A stretch of 64,000 bases of DNA, from positions 1,240,001 to 1,304,000 of the forward strand of contig CATNEN010000041.1 in the NCBI GenBank assembly GCA_950097015.1. The letters run 5' to 3'. Below are positions 1-12,638 of the stretch, one piece after another. A model generated the notes under the pieces. That model ran no database searches and was not told the origin of the DNA. It worked only from the letters and a program-made list of their open reading frames with translations. Both the position numbers and the translations under genes were made by a program. Each line of letters starts with the position of its first letter. Within the stretch, counting starts at the first letter, position 1. This DNA is from Macrostomum hystrix (lineage: Eukaryota > Animalia > Platyhelminthes).

Positions 1-615
1 GGAATATCCCTAGTCAGGTGTCATGGTGGTGTCAGGAATATCCCTAGTCAGGTGTCATGGTGGTGTCAGGAATATCCCTAGTCAGGTGTCATGGTGGTGT
101 CAGGAATATCCCTAGTCAGGTGTCATGGTGGTGTCTGGAATATTCCTAGTCAGGTGTCATGGTGGTGTCAGGAATATCCCTAGTCAGGTGTCATGGTGGT
201 GTCAGGAATATCCCTAGTCAGATGTCATGGTGGTGTCAGGAATATCCCTAGTCAGGTGTCATGGTGGTGTCAGGAATATCCCTAGTCAGGTGTCATGGTG
301 GTGTCAGGAATATCCCTAGTCAGGTGTCATGGTGGTGTCAGGAATATCCCTAGTCAGGTGTCATGGTGGTGTCAGGAATATCCCTAGTCAGGTGTCATGG
401 TGGTGTCAGGAATATCCCTAGTCAGGTGTCATGGTGGTGTCAGGAATATCCCTAGTCAGGTGTCATGGTGGTGTCAGGAATATCCCTAGTCAGGTGTCAT
501 GGTGGTGTCAGGAATATCCCTAGTCAGCTGTCATGGTGGTGTCAGGAATATCCCTAGTCAGATGTCATGGTGGTGTCAGGAATATCCCTAGTCAGGTGTC
601 ATGGTGGTGTCAGGA
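1..615. repeat. 34-bp minisatellite (GGAATATCCCTAGTCAGGTGTCATGGTGGTGTCA)n in an APEX2 intron, cut by the window start
   Basis: Units start at 1, 35, 69, etc.; the array ends about 35 bp before the acceptor at 650. Confidence 0.97.
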
Positions 616-650
616 TTCAGGAATATCCTTTCTGCTCTCGCTTTATTCAG

Positions 651-3354
651 GCACGTGATCATAGCCGGAGACTTGAATGTGTCGCACCGCCTGATTGACC
701 ATTGCGAGACGGCCGAGGCTCTGCTGGACGACAGTCCAGAAGGCGGTGAGGTGAGAATGGTATCCGGTTCTTAGCTGGAGGGATTTTTTGCATTGTCTAG
801 ATGGGAAGCCTGTATCTAACAATCGGTTTCCTGTCCCCGTCTCTCTGTGGCTTTCCTTTCATGTAAAGTACTTGCATGTTTATCACATAAAATCGAGTAG
901 CTATCACATTAGCTAAAATCTCCTAGAAACCAAGCACCTGTTAGACAATACAAGTTTCACCTGCAGCCTAGCTGCTAAGCCAGCCAGACTCCAGTGCAGC
1001 AGATAAGCCGTCAGATCAGCTTATTATGTTGGCTCCCTAGTCCATGCATGTTCAGTTTGATTCTTATCGAGTGCAGGACAGGTGCAAGCCGCAGTGAGAC
1101 ATTTCAGACTCATTGTACTTCTGTTGTTGTTGTTGCTGCTGGCACGCTCTGGAATAGGTGCATTTTTAGTGTGCAGTGTGAGTAGCCTTTGCTGCCATTG
1201 TGAACTTGTTTTAACAAACAAGCTGTGTGTGTGTGTGTGTGTGTGTGTGTGCTTGCCTTTTCAGTTGGACTCAATTAAGAACTGCTCACATGCGAAACCA
1301 CCCCACCCCACCCTGTTGGCTACGCTGCAGTGGGTAGGCGGCTTAGCATTTGCACTGTTCCCTGATTCCGAGCGCTTGCTCTAGCTCTGGTCTCTGCCCC
1401 ACCCCGTCACGTCCCCTCCTGTGTATCTGTCGCCGCCGCCCCTTCAGCCTCAAGCCACCCGTCGCTGGCCGCTTTTTCCCCATTCCGTGCTGAGTCTGTG
1501 TCTCTGCTTTGCGGAGATATTGCCGGCTTTGTGGGTTAGACAGAAGGGCAAGGCTGGGGTGGCGGCCGCGGACTGTTAGGAATGAAAAATATGTTGTTGA
1601 AACCCGCTGCTTACAGAATTTTCACCGCGCCCGCTACGCTTCTGCTGGCGTCAAGCGTGTCCATTTAATGACTGAATTCCTGCCCATTTAATGACTGAAT
1701 TCCTGCCCATTGAATGCCTAAATTCCTTTCTATTAAATGACTGAATTCCTGGCCATTGAATGACTGAATTCCTGCCCATTTAATGACTGAATTCCTGCCC
1801 ATTTAATGACTGAATTCCTGGCCATTGAATGCCTGAATTCCTTTCTATTTAATGACTGAATTCCTGGCCATTGAATGACTGAATTCCTGGCCATTGAATG
1901 CCTGAATTCCCGTCCATTAAATGACTGAATTTCTATCCATTGAATGACTGAATTCCTGTCCATTAAATGCCTAAATTCCTTTCTATTAAATGACTGAATT
2001 TCTGTCCATTGAATGACTGAATTTCTGTCCATTGAATGGCTGAACTACGCTTCTGAATGGCCTATTAAATTGTGCTAGTAAACTTTTGATATGCTTAGGT
2101 CTGTCTAGAATGATAAAGCTTTGCAAACAGCATAGCAACAGCATAGCAACTGAGGTGGATTGCATCTGTAAATTGACATTTCACAGTCAGCAGTTTAATG
2201 GCTTGAACGGCCAGTTCCGGGTTTTGCCCGCTTCACAAACCGGGCACTTAAATGTTTGTCAGGTCCCTAAAACTTTTGGTTTTTTTTAAAGTGAACTCTA
2301 TCCCATTCTCTCATGCTAGTTAGGCCGCCCACGCATTTCCTGTCCCCTCATCCACAGCCCTGCTGCCAGAATGGGATGATAGCCCGTGTTCATGTTTTCC
2401 GATCCCATTCTCAACTGCCAGAGTCCCATCTCCGCATCACAATGTGCTCGCGCTCCACTAGCCGCAGGAACTCGGGGGTTTGACGATGGGACGCTTAGAT
2501 TAAAACTAAAGATCTCATTATTCCCAGATCATGACTCATCTGTCAGTCATTCTTCCCAGATCATGACTCATGTCAGGGTCATTCTTCCCAGATCATGACT
2601 CATATCAGGGTCATTCTTCCCAGATCATGACTCATCTGTCACAATCATTCTTCCCAGATCATGACTCATCTGTCACAATCATTCTTCCCAGATCATGACT
2701 CATCTGTCACGGTCATTCTTCCCATACCATGACTCATCTGTCACGTTCATTCTTCCCAGATCATGACTCATCTGTCACAATAATTCTTCCCAGATCATGA
2801 CTCATCTGTCACAATCATTCTTCCCAGATCATGACTTATCTGTCACGGTCATTCTTCACATACCATGACTCATCTGTCAGTTCATTCTTCCCAGATCATG
2901 ACTCATCTGTCACGGTCATTCTTCCCAGATCATGACTCATCTGTCACGGTCATTCTTCCCAGATCATGACTCATCTGTCACAATCATTCTTCTTCATACC
3001 ATGACTCATCTGTCACGTTCATTCTTCCTAGATCATGACTCATCTGTCACGGTCATTTCCCCAGATCATGACTCATCTGTCAGGCTTCAGCTTGTTGGTT
3101 TTTGACTGACCCAGACGGTGAATGCCAAAATTACAAAATGGATGTGCCAAGTTTTACAGTCCACTATCCTTCAGCTGTCCCGCCCCATGTCTCTGGGTGT
3201 TCATAAATAATGCAGCCCTGTTGCAGTCTGAGCTTCCGCCTCAGCAGACACTGGGTGGAATGGATGAAAGTTATCCTGGCCCTGATCTCGATCACAGAGT
3301 TCTCATTCTCACTTGCTTCTGCTTTCCGGGGGGATAGGCAATCGTGGCGGACCG

Positions 3355-3429
<75 letters not shown>

Positions 3430-6400
3430 GCTATGCATGTTAATATTTTAGCTGATAAGTCTAATATACGGCACTGCAAACCTGCACGCATTTCACACGC
3501 AGTATCAAACTCATATTTATATATTAAAATGAAATTTGACTGAGCTCTGCATTGTCTGTCTATCACGAAAAAGTGGGCCCTCATGAAGTGGTTCTGCCCG
3601 GCATATTCTTACGAGTATCAGCATTTTTATGTGATTCTACCCATGAAACTACCCATGAGCAGCCACCCTGCCAGATCCTCAGGTTGAGCAGCCACCCTCC
3701 CGGATCCTCAGGTTGAGCAGCCACCCTGCCAGATCCTGATCTTGAGCAGCCACCCTCCCGGATCCTCAGGTTGAGCAGCCACCCTGCCAGATCCTTATGT
3801 TAAGCAGCCACCCTACCAGACTCTCAGGTTGAGCAGTCACCCTGCCAGATCCTCAGGTTGAGCAGCCACCCTGCCGGATCCTCAGGTTGAGCAGCCACCC
3901 TGCTAGATCCTCATCTTGAGCAGCCACCCTCCCGGATCCTCAGGTTGAGCAGCCACCCTGCCAGATCCTCATCTTGAGCAGCCACCCTCCCGGATCCTCA
4001 GGTTGAGCAGCCACCCTGCCAGATCCTCATCTTGAGCAGCCACCCTCCCGGATCCTCAGGTTGAGCAGCCACCCTGCCAGATCCTCAGGTTGAGCAGCCA
4101 CCCTGCCAGATCCTCAGGTTGAGCAGCCACCCTGCCAGATCCTCATCTTGAGCAGCCACCCCTCCTACATTCCCAGTTGAGCAGCTGCAAGAATCCTTTA
4201 AACTTGAACTTGTTCTGAGTCCTATCGGGTCCATTTAACCCTTTCCGAAAGATTCTCCGCAGACTGTATTGGACGCACTTTATCAATTGTCCCACCCATT
4301 TACTGTCTTACTCGGTGGGTAGTATTGCATTCCGTTAAGGCTAAGATACTTGGAATGTTGAGCAACGCTGCTCTGCCAGTCCAGGGTGCAGCTCAGCTAG
4401 CAGCGTTATTGTTGTTCAACTCGCAGAGCTGGCCGATCTGGGCAAAGAAAAATGCACCTGCCCTTAAATACTCTTCAGCTAACATTTACTTCGAGTGGAT
4501 CCCGACTGCTCTCCTTTATAGAGTAGTTTCAACAGCAAACAGCGCGAAGGTAGTCCGAACAGTTATAAATTCTTCTTTTTCAGAAATATTTTATTCGATA
4601 AGCACTGACTCATTTGTCTCTGATCCACTGACCTCCTATTGCCGATCTCTGAATAATCCTGACCCGTTAATTGTTTTTAACATTTGACTTAAGACAGACT
4701 GCAGACATCCAGCCAGAGGTGACGGGCTCCGGACCCATATCTGACTCATCTTCAATCAGTGTTTCATTTAGACCCATCCCTCCCCATCTGTGACCCACTG
4801 TATCACTCATGACCCATCTGTGACCCACTGTATCACACATGACCCATATCTGACCCACTGTATCACACATGACCCATATCTGGCCCACTGTATTACAGAT
4901 GACCCATATCTGACCCACTGTATCACAGATGACCCATATCTGACCCACTGTATCACACATGACCCATATCTGACCCACTGTATCACACATGACCCATATC
5001 TGACCCACTGTATCACACATGACCCATATAATACCCACTGTATCACACATGACCCATATCTGACTCATCTTCAATCAGTGTTTCATTTAGACCCATCCCT
5101 CCCCATCTGTGACCCACTGTATCACACCTGACCCATATCTGACCCACTGTATCACACATGACCCATATCTGACCCACTGTATCACACATGACCCATATCT
5201 GACCCACTGTATCACACCTGACCCATATCTGACCCACTGTATCACACATGACCCATATCTGACCCACTGTATCACACATGACCCATATAATACCCACTGT
5301 ATCACACATGACCCATATCTGACTCATCTTCAATCAGTGTTTCATTTAGACCCATCCCTCCCCATCTGTGACCCACTGTATCACACCTGACCCATATCTG
5401 ACCCACTGTATCACACATGACCCATATCTGACCCACTGTATCACACATGACCCATATCTGACCCACTGTATCACACATGACCCATATCTGACCCACTGTC
5501 TCACACATGACCCATATCTGACCCACTGTATCACACATGACCCATATCTGGCCCACTGTATCACAGATGACCCATATCTGACCCACTGTATCACAGATGA
5601 CCCATATCTGACCTACTGTATCACACATGACCCATATCTGACCCACTGTATCACACATGACCCATATCTGACCCACTGTCTCACACATGACCCATATCTG
5701 ACCCACTGTATCACACATGACCCATATCTGACCCACTGTCTCACACATTACCCATATTTAAAACGCTCTCTCACACAAGACGCATCTCTGACCCCTGTCT
5801 CAGCACTAATCAGTTGTGAACAAGTTTTCTTAGATGATCTGTACATGTGGATTGTTGTACAGTGCAGAGTATAAATCTTTCAATATGAAAAGCTGATGCA
5901 AATTAAAATCCTCAATCCACACCCAGCAGGCGGGCTCCAGTCGATCCTATTCGGACGCGCTGCACCAGTCCTTCTTGGCCAAGCCCGTGCGCCACTGGCT
6001 GGACCGGCTGCTGGTTCCTCGCCAACGGGATCCCGCCCTGGCCGCCCACCGAGGCGAAGGCGACGAAAACGGCGACTCCGACGAGGCGTCAACGCCGTCG
6101 GCCAATCGGTTCTTTATCGACGCATTCAGGCGCAGCTTTCCTGAGCGACGGGACGCCTACACCTGCTGGTGCAACCGGACCGGGGCCAGGCAGACCAACT
6201 ATGGCAACCGCATCGACTACATCCTGGGTGAGAACTGTAGAGGGATAGCCTTACATGAAGAAGAGGATGGGCGGAAAAGAAGAGGGATGGGCGGAAACGA
6301 AGGGGGTGGGCGGAAAGGAAGAGGGATGGGCAGAAAAGGAGAGGGATGGGTGGAAAGGAAGAGGGATGGTAGAAAGGAAGAGTGATGGGCGGAAAAGAAG

Positions 6401-8099
6401 AGGGATGGGCGGAAAAGAAGAGGGATGGGCGGAAAAGAAGAGGGATGGGCGGAAAAGAAGAGGGATGGGCGGAAAAGAAGAGGGATGGGCAGAAAAGGAG
6501 AGGGATGGGTGGAAAGGAAGAGGGATGGTGGAAAGGAAGAGTGATGGGTGGAAAGGAAGAGGGATGGGCGGAAAAGAAGAGGGATGGGCGGAAAAGAAGA
6601 GGGATGGGCAGAAAAGAAGAGGGATGGGCGGAAAAGAAGAGGGATGGGCGGAAAAGAAGAGGGATGGGCGGAAAAGAACAGGGATGGGCGGAAAAGAAGA
6701 GGGATGGGCGGAAAAGAAGAGGGATGGTGGAAAGGAAGAGTGATGGGTGGAAAGGGAGAGGGATGGGTGGAAAGGAAGAGGGATGGTTGAAAGGAAGAGT
6801 GATGAACGGAAAAGAAGAGGGATGGGCGGAAAGGAAGGGGGTGGACGGAAAGGGAGATGGATGGGCGGAAACGGAGAGGGATGTGCCGAAACGGAGAGGG
6901 ATGGGCAGAAGAGTAGTGGGATGGGCGGAAAAGAGGGAGGGGCGGAGATAGAGACAAAAATTAAATTACAATTTAAAATTTTATTTAAAAAAAGTTGCCT
7001 TCCCATTGACTTTGCAGTCAGCGACGGCCTTTCCGACCAGCTGCTGAACTGTGACATCCAGCCAGAGGTGACGGGCTCCGACCACTGCCCCGTGCTAGCC
7101 AGCTTCTCCGACGGCCTCCTGCTGTCCGCGCCCCCGGATTTTCCCCTGCCCGCGCTGGCCGCCGCCCGCCTGCCCGAGTTCGCCGCTCGCCAGCGCAGAA
7201 TCAGCGACTTTCTCGTGCCGCGCGCTGCCGTTACAGAAGTGCAAAAAATGCGTCAGCCGGAACTCTTGGCATCGAAGCGAAAGCAGCCTGAGCAGACTTG
7301 TCAGGAGCAGCAGCAGCCAGCCGCTAAGCGTCGTCAGTCGAGTCTGGCTTCCTTCTTTGCTTCTGCTAAGCCGGCACCGCTTTCACTTGCGCCTGAATCT
7401 GGCCAAGCAACCACTGCCGCCACTGCCGCCACTACTGAAGAAAGCACAGTTCAGGATGGAGATAAGCCTGCTTCGAATCTTACAGGTAAAAATTCTAAGA
7501 CGAGAAAGTATGGTTTGGATACTCTATACAATTCTTTCCGCTTTGTTTCGATGTGTTTCTCGTGATTTCTCATATCCGCATGGATTCCCAATGGATTCTG
7601 TCACGGATTCGCCGTGGATTCCGTCAGGGATTCCCCATGGATTCCGTCAGGGATTCCCCATGGATTCCGTCAGGGATTCCCCATGGATTCCGTCAGGGAT
7701 TCCCCATGGATTCCGTCAGGGATTCCCCATGGATTCCGTCAGGGATTCCCCATGGATTCCGTCAGGGATTCCCCATGGATTCACCAATTTTCCCCTTGAA
7801 TTACCTTTATATTCCTCATGTTCACTCTTCATTAATCTTCCGGCCCTCCAGTTCCAGACTCCTTCGGTGGTAACGAAGCTCCGTCCTCGGCAGCCAGCAC
7901 TCAGCTGTGGCGACAGCTGCTGACTGGGCCGGAGAAGCCGCCGCTCTGCCGCGGCCACAGCGAGGCCTGCCTGCTGCGCACCGTGAAGAAGGACGGCCCA
8001 AACCGAGGCCGCCGCTTCTGGGTCTGCCCGCGGCCAGAGGGCTCCGCCAAAAACGCCGAAGCCCGCTGCGACACCTTCCTGTGGGTTGCGAAGCGCTGA
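651..8099 (+). CDS. APEX2: AP endonuclease 2 (ExoIII/APE domain plus C-terminal zf-GRF), 5'-partial; exons 651-750, 5969-6227, 7018-7485, 7852-8099
   Basis: Spliced translation gives [50 protein letters not shown], a PIP-box-like QSSLASFF and the GRF finger [39 protein letters not shown]. All introns are GT-AG with matching phases (0,1,1). Confidence 0.93.
1662..2035. repeat. ~23-bp minisatellite (CATTTAATGACTGAATTCCTGCC)n, intronic
   Basis: Tandem copies seen directly; explains ORF 1733-2032. Confidence 0.92.
2520..3082. repeat. 32-34-bp minisatellite (TCATTCTTCCCAGATCATGACTCATCTGTCACGG)n, intronic
   Basis: Tandem copies seen directly. Confidence 0.95.
3356..3427. repeat. (CTG)n microsatellite
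   Basis: About 24 pure CTG units. Confidence 0.97.
3655..4165. repeat. 29-bp minisatellite (GAGCAGCCACCCTGCCAGATCCTCAGGTT)n, intronic
   Basis: Tandem copies seen directly. Confidence 0.95.
4732..5755. repeat. 30-bp minisatellite (GACCCATATCTGACCCACTGTATCACACAT)n with three copies of an ~50-bp interruption
   Basis: The interruption GACTCATCTTCAATCAGTGTTTCATTTAGACCCATCCCTCCCCATCTGT recurs at ~4742, ~5062 and ~5321. Confidence 0.95.
6262..6945. repeat. 20-bp purine-rich minisatellite (GGATGGGCGGAAAAGAAGAG)n filling most of an APEX2 intron
   Basis: Tandem copies between the donor at 6228 and the acceptor at 7017. Confidence 0.95.
7577..7781. repeat. 23-bp minisatellite (GGATTCCGTCAGGGATTCCCCAT)n in the last APEX2 intron
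   Basis: Tandem copies seen directly. Confidence 0.95.
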
Positions 8100-8142
8100 C
8101 TGGCCGGCTGTCGGCTTGACTCTCGAAACACCTGTCTGATTC

Positions 8143-8235
8143 TCAGCTAGACTGTCAGATTGTCTGTCAGCTAGACTGTCAGATTGTCTGTCAGCTAGAC
8201 TGTCAGGTTGTCTGTCAGCTAGACTGTCAGGTTGT
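8143..8235. repeat. 24-bp tandem repeat (CAGCTAGACTGTCAGATTGTCTGT)n just after the APEX2 stop codon
   Basis: About 4 copies. Confidence 0.9.
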
Positions 8236-8744
8236 ATATTCTTTAAACTGAGCTTTTTGTGTCAGCACCAGTGTCGGATGAATTTGTGTCAGATTCTGCT
8301 TTTATCGCTCTAAGCACACAACGGCTCGTGTGTGACAATTAACACTGCCAAGCATTTGATTACTTTTTAATTCCATATGAGGACAGACAATTATAGCATG
8401 TGCATTTGTTTATGTAACTCTCAGAGTACTGACACATTTGTACTGTAAAAGCATTGCCAGTTCAGGTGCGCAGATCCAATTTATTTGCACAGACTGTTCT
8501 ACTAAATCCTGAGAAAGCATTTACTCACAACCGAGTCTTCACTGTGTCTTGACTCCGGATGGCGAGCGGAGTTTTGATACTAAACTTTTCCATATTGCCT
8601 TCCTTGTCTTGTTTTTTCTTTTTTTCTTTCGCTTTTTAGCATTCCACAACAAGCCCGACAGATTTGGAAATTTTCCTATTCCAGATCAGGCGAGAAAATC
8701 AATCAGCAAGGGAGCCTCTGCCGCCGCCTCCGCCGCTGCTGCAG

Positions 8745-10384
8745 ATGCCGTCCTTGACTCCCGCGTCGGTTGGCCGGCTGTGCTCGATCTGCGGCGACCG
8801 GGCCACCGGGCGGCACTACTCCGTGTACTCCTGCGAGGGCTGCAAGGGCTTCTTCAAGCGGACGGTGCGCAAGTCGCTGCAATACTCCTGCAGGGACTCC
8901 CGGCACTGCCGCATTGACCGGCGCCAGCGCAACCGCTGCCAGTACTGCCGCTACATGAAGTGCCTGGCAGCCGGCATGCGCCGCGAGGCGGTACAGGAGG
9001 AGCGCAGCCGGGCGGTGGTGTCGGCTGAGGCTGCCGAGCTCCCGCTGCCAGTCCGCGCCAGTCACCACCGCCCAGCGCCGGCGGCGGGGCCGTCCGAGCA
9101 GGAGCCGGTGGAGCTGCCGTCCGGCCGAGCTCGCTCGCGCTCCCCGGTTAACTCATCCGAGTTCGGCCGTTCGCCACTCAGCCAGGATGACCTTCGCCGA
9201 CGTCTGCTGGACGCGGAGTCGGCTTGGGAGACCGCCTCGGCTGGTCCGGGCTTTGCCGCAGCCGGCCAGCTGGTGTCTTGGACAGTCTGGCTGCTGCCAG
9301 TAGCCCGCCTGCCGCCCATCGACTGGGCCCGCCTGCTGCTGTCCTGCTGGCGAGAGCTGCAGGTTAGACTAGGCTGTGAAAATTATACGGCCCTTCGTCT
9401 CTTTGCTCCCACTGGTCCACCACTATCGCTAGCCTCCTACACACTGTTCTCGCCTGGTTTCCGCGCACCGCTTCTCCATTATTCCACCCTCGTCTCCGCC
9501 CCGCTTCCCCCATCTTCCACCCCTGTCTCCGCCCCGCTTCCCCCCTCTTCCACCCTCGTCTCCGCCCCGCTTCCCCCCTCCTCCACCCTCGTCTCCGCCC
9601 CACTTCCCCCATCTTCCATCCCTGTCTCCGCCCCGCTTCCCCCATCTTCCATCCCTGTCTCCACCCCACTTCCTCCCCCTCTTCCACCCTCGTCTCCGCC
9701 CGCTTCCTCGCTTCTTCCACCACTGTCTCTTCTGTCTCTGTCGCTTCCGCAGCCTTTTCCGTCGCAGTCTTTCTCCCCTCTTCCTCCTTCCTCCTTCCAT
9801 CCTTCCTCACTCTGTTTTCAATGTCGAATGCCAACTGCGCCTAACCGCCTCCGCAGGTGGCCGCCCTGGCCAGCAACAGTTCAACAGCCGCGGCGGAGTT
9901 CACAGCTCAGCTGGCCGACTCCATGAGACACCTGCGCGTGGACCGGCTAGAGCTGGCCTGCCTGAAGGCCGCCGTCCTGCTCAAGCCGGAGGTGCCAGAG
10001 CTGCACTGCCCGGACCTGGTCCAGCTGGCTCGACAGCAGGTGTACCAGGTGCTGGAGCTGCACTGCGCCGGCTCCAAACAGCCCGGCCGCTACTGCCGCC
10101 TGCTGCTGCGCCTGCCTGCCCTGCGCTCCTGCAGCTTCCGCTGCTCTCACCTGACCGAGCCACCGCCGCTGCCGCTGCTTGCCGATGCGCTCAAGGCCGC
10201 GGCCGACGCCTCCGCGGCCCAGCTGAACGGCAGCGCCCGTTCCTCCGCCGCCGCCGCTGCGTCCACTGTCGCCGAGGATGAGGAGTCCGACCGCGCCGAG
10301 TTCGATGGCTGCGACGGCCTGGCTGCCAACCGGCCGCTTCACCAGCGACTGCGTCTCGAGCAGCTCCGCCGCCATCTGCCTTAA
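8745..10384 (+). CDS. rxr: RXR/USP-type (NR2B) nuclear receptor with a divergent ligand-binding domain; exons 8745-9362 and 9857-10384
   Basis: [53 protein letters not shown] and T-box [13 protein letters not shown] segments [14 protein letters not shown] and [17 protein letters not shown]. Phase-0 intron CAG|GTTAGA ... CTAAC..CCGCAG|GTG. The start codon is uncertain: an acceptor at 8683 may add 5' sequence. Confidence 0.88.
9483..9700. repeat. 33-bp C-rich minisatellite in the RXR intron
   Basis: TCCACC recurs at 9483, 9516, 9549, etc. Confidence 0.9.
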
Positions 10385-10914
10385 AAAGGCCGTTTTAACC
10401 TGGCCGGCCTCCGTGTTCATCTTATCTAATCTCCACTGATTGATTTACATTGGAAACTCTGCCGCTACAGACGCCACTGCTGCTGCTGCTGCTGCTGTTG
10501 CTTTAGAATTAGCTTGTACAAATTGGCATCTTGCCTAACCTGTTTAAGCTGCAGTTCCATTAAGGGCATGTTGATACTTATTGATGCCAGGGCAAGCAAT
10601 GTGTGCAGCTCAAAGTTAATCTCAAATAGGCTTGCGAAATTGCTGTCCTTCGTGTAGTGGCTTTTGTTTCTCAATTTTAACCTAGACATGCCTAACATAT
10701 TTTGGCTGCTGTCTTTTCACAATTCTCTTGTAATGAGTGAAGCTGCAGTCTTTGCTTTTTAAATCGTGCTCCCTCACTGTTTTATTCTCTCCGTCGTGAG
10801 GTTTTTCTCTATTCCTTTGAGCTAAAGTTTTGAGCTTTGTTGCCCCGAAGTAGAAAGGAAACAGACAGGTCCTGGCAATTGCTTACCGACCCGCCACCGC
10901 CATGTTGCTTACCT

Positions 10915-11600
10915 TCGACTCTTCCGCTCTTCAACCTCCGCTTATTACCCCGACCCCTTCCGCTCTTCAAACGCCCCATCCGCTCTTCAAACGCCCCTTC
11001 CGCTCTTCTACCTCCCCTTCCGCTCTTCAACCTCCCCTTCCGCTCTTCAACCGCCCCTTCCGCTCTTCAAACGCCCCATCCGCTCTTCAAACGCCCCATC
11101 CGCTCTTCAACCTCCCCTTCCGCTCTTCAAACGCCCCTTCCGCTCTTCAACCTCCCCTTCCGCTCTTCAACCTCCCCTTCCGCTCTTCAAACGCCCCATC
11201 CGCTCTTCAAACGCCCCTTCCGCTCTTCAACCTCCCCTTCCGCTCTTCAAACGCCCCATCCGCTCTTTAAACGCCCCTTCCGCTCTTCAAACGCCCCATC
11301 CGCTCTTCAAACGCCCCTTCCGCTCTTCAACCTCCCCTTCCGCTCTTCAAACGCCCCTTCCGCTCTTCAAACGCCCCATCCGCTCTTCAAACGCCCCTTC
11401 CGCTCTTCAACCTCCGCTTATTACCCCGACCCATTCCGCTCTTCAAACGCCCCATCCGCTCTTCAAACGCCCCATCCGCTCTTCAACCGCCCCTTCCGCT
11501 CTTCAAGCGCCCCATCCGCTCTTCAAACGCCCCTTCCGCTCTTCAACCTCCCCTTCCGCTCTTCTAACGCCCCTTCCGCTCTTCAACCGCCCTTCAACCG
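10915..11600. repeat. 20-bp minisatellite (CGCTCTTCAAACGCCCCTTC)n
   Basis: Tandem copies seen directly. Confidence 0.95.
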
Positions 11601-12587
11601 CCAGCAAGTTCTATAGATTGTTTGGCATAGCACAATGGTCTCAAAGTGCATCAGGAGCAACTGTTAGCTCAGACTGAAGCCTGGATGAAGCGCCGCGCCT
11701 TCAATATCTTTTATCGTTGTTTAACTCTAATTAAACAGATGTGCTGAAAACAAAAGCCTATTTTGTGATATTTCTTTGCTATCCGTAGCTGAAGCGGTGA
11801 ATTTCAGCACTAAGCTGCTTCCCATCGTTGAAATCTGTTGTGTGTTGTGCTTGTCGATTTTCTGCTATCATTTTTCCGCTTCCAACTCCCAGCACCTTTC
11901 CTGTCCCTTTCACTGTGTGAGCTTCTACTACACTTCTTGAGGCTGGATTATTGAATCCTGACAGAGCCAGGCAGACGGCAAGTTCTTTGCGTTATTTATT
12001 TTCTTGGAAATGAAAACTGCTCCAAAGCTTGCAGTAGATTGCCCAGTACACATTTTTGCCAGATGAGTAAAGTTCTGACCAAACTCTTATTTGAAGCAAA
12101 CAATCAGAACTTCATCCAGGACACTGTGATGAGGCTGTCTGCTTCCTGAAATTCAATTGAATTCAGTCAATCCTTGAGTCTATGGTAACACGTGCTTGGT
12201 GCACCTGACGCAGAGATTTATTTCAGAAGATCAAAATAAAAAGTCGAGTGAGTGCAGCGACGTCTTACCTTCTTTGAAAATGGACCAACGAGCCTTGCTC
12301 TGTTGCTGGCACTAATATTGTTGTACGTTCCTTCGCGCCATTTCGCTCTTCATTTTGAATTGAATTTCCGCAAGCAGACAGTCTCATCACAGTGTCTGAA
12401 TTGGAGTTTTGTTTAAGAGTTTAGTCAAAATAGCAACTAAAAAGGTGTTTGAGCTAAACTTTGAGGCTGTACACTGTAGGTAAATCTCTCTACCTACTGA
12501 TTCGAGTAACATTGTGGAACGATTTTATGCACTATTGTGCACTATCGGAATCTTTTATGCACTATCATTCGGTAGACTTGTTCCGCT

Positions 12588-12604
12588 TCTGCTGCTGCTG
12601 CTAC

Positions 12605-12638
<34 letters not shown>

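Noticed and set aside
1082-1384. Signal-peptide-like poly-Leu ORF (and the poly-Leu/Cys ORFs at 3210-3584 and 12461-12738)
   Set aside because: Produced by TTG/CTG/GT microsatellites, without an ATG or a supported downstream exon.
1-5755. Regular 23-34-bp repeats as CRISPR arrays
   Set aside because: Units are directly adjacent with no unique spacers, there are no cas genes, and the context is eukaryotic introns.
4667-7057. Long ORFs such as [10 protein letters not shown] and [10 protein letters not shown] repeats
   Set aside because: Translations of intronic minisatellites that are open in several frames and on both strands.
8664-9926. 420-aa single-exon RXR ORF
   Set aside because: It reads through the intron's 33-bp repeat and misses the LBD C-terminal half; the spliced model 9362-9857 fits better. 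Intron retention is not excluded.
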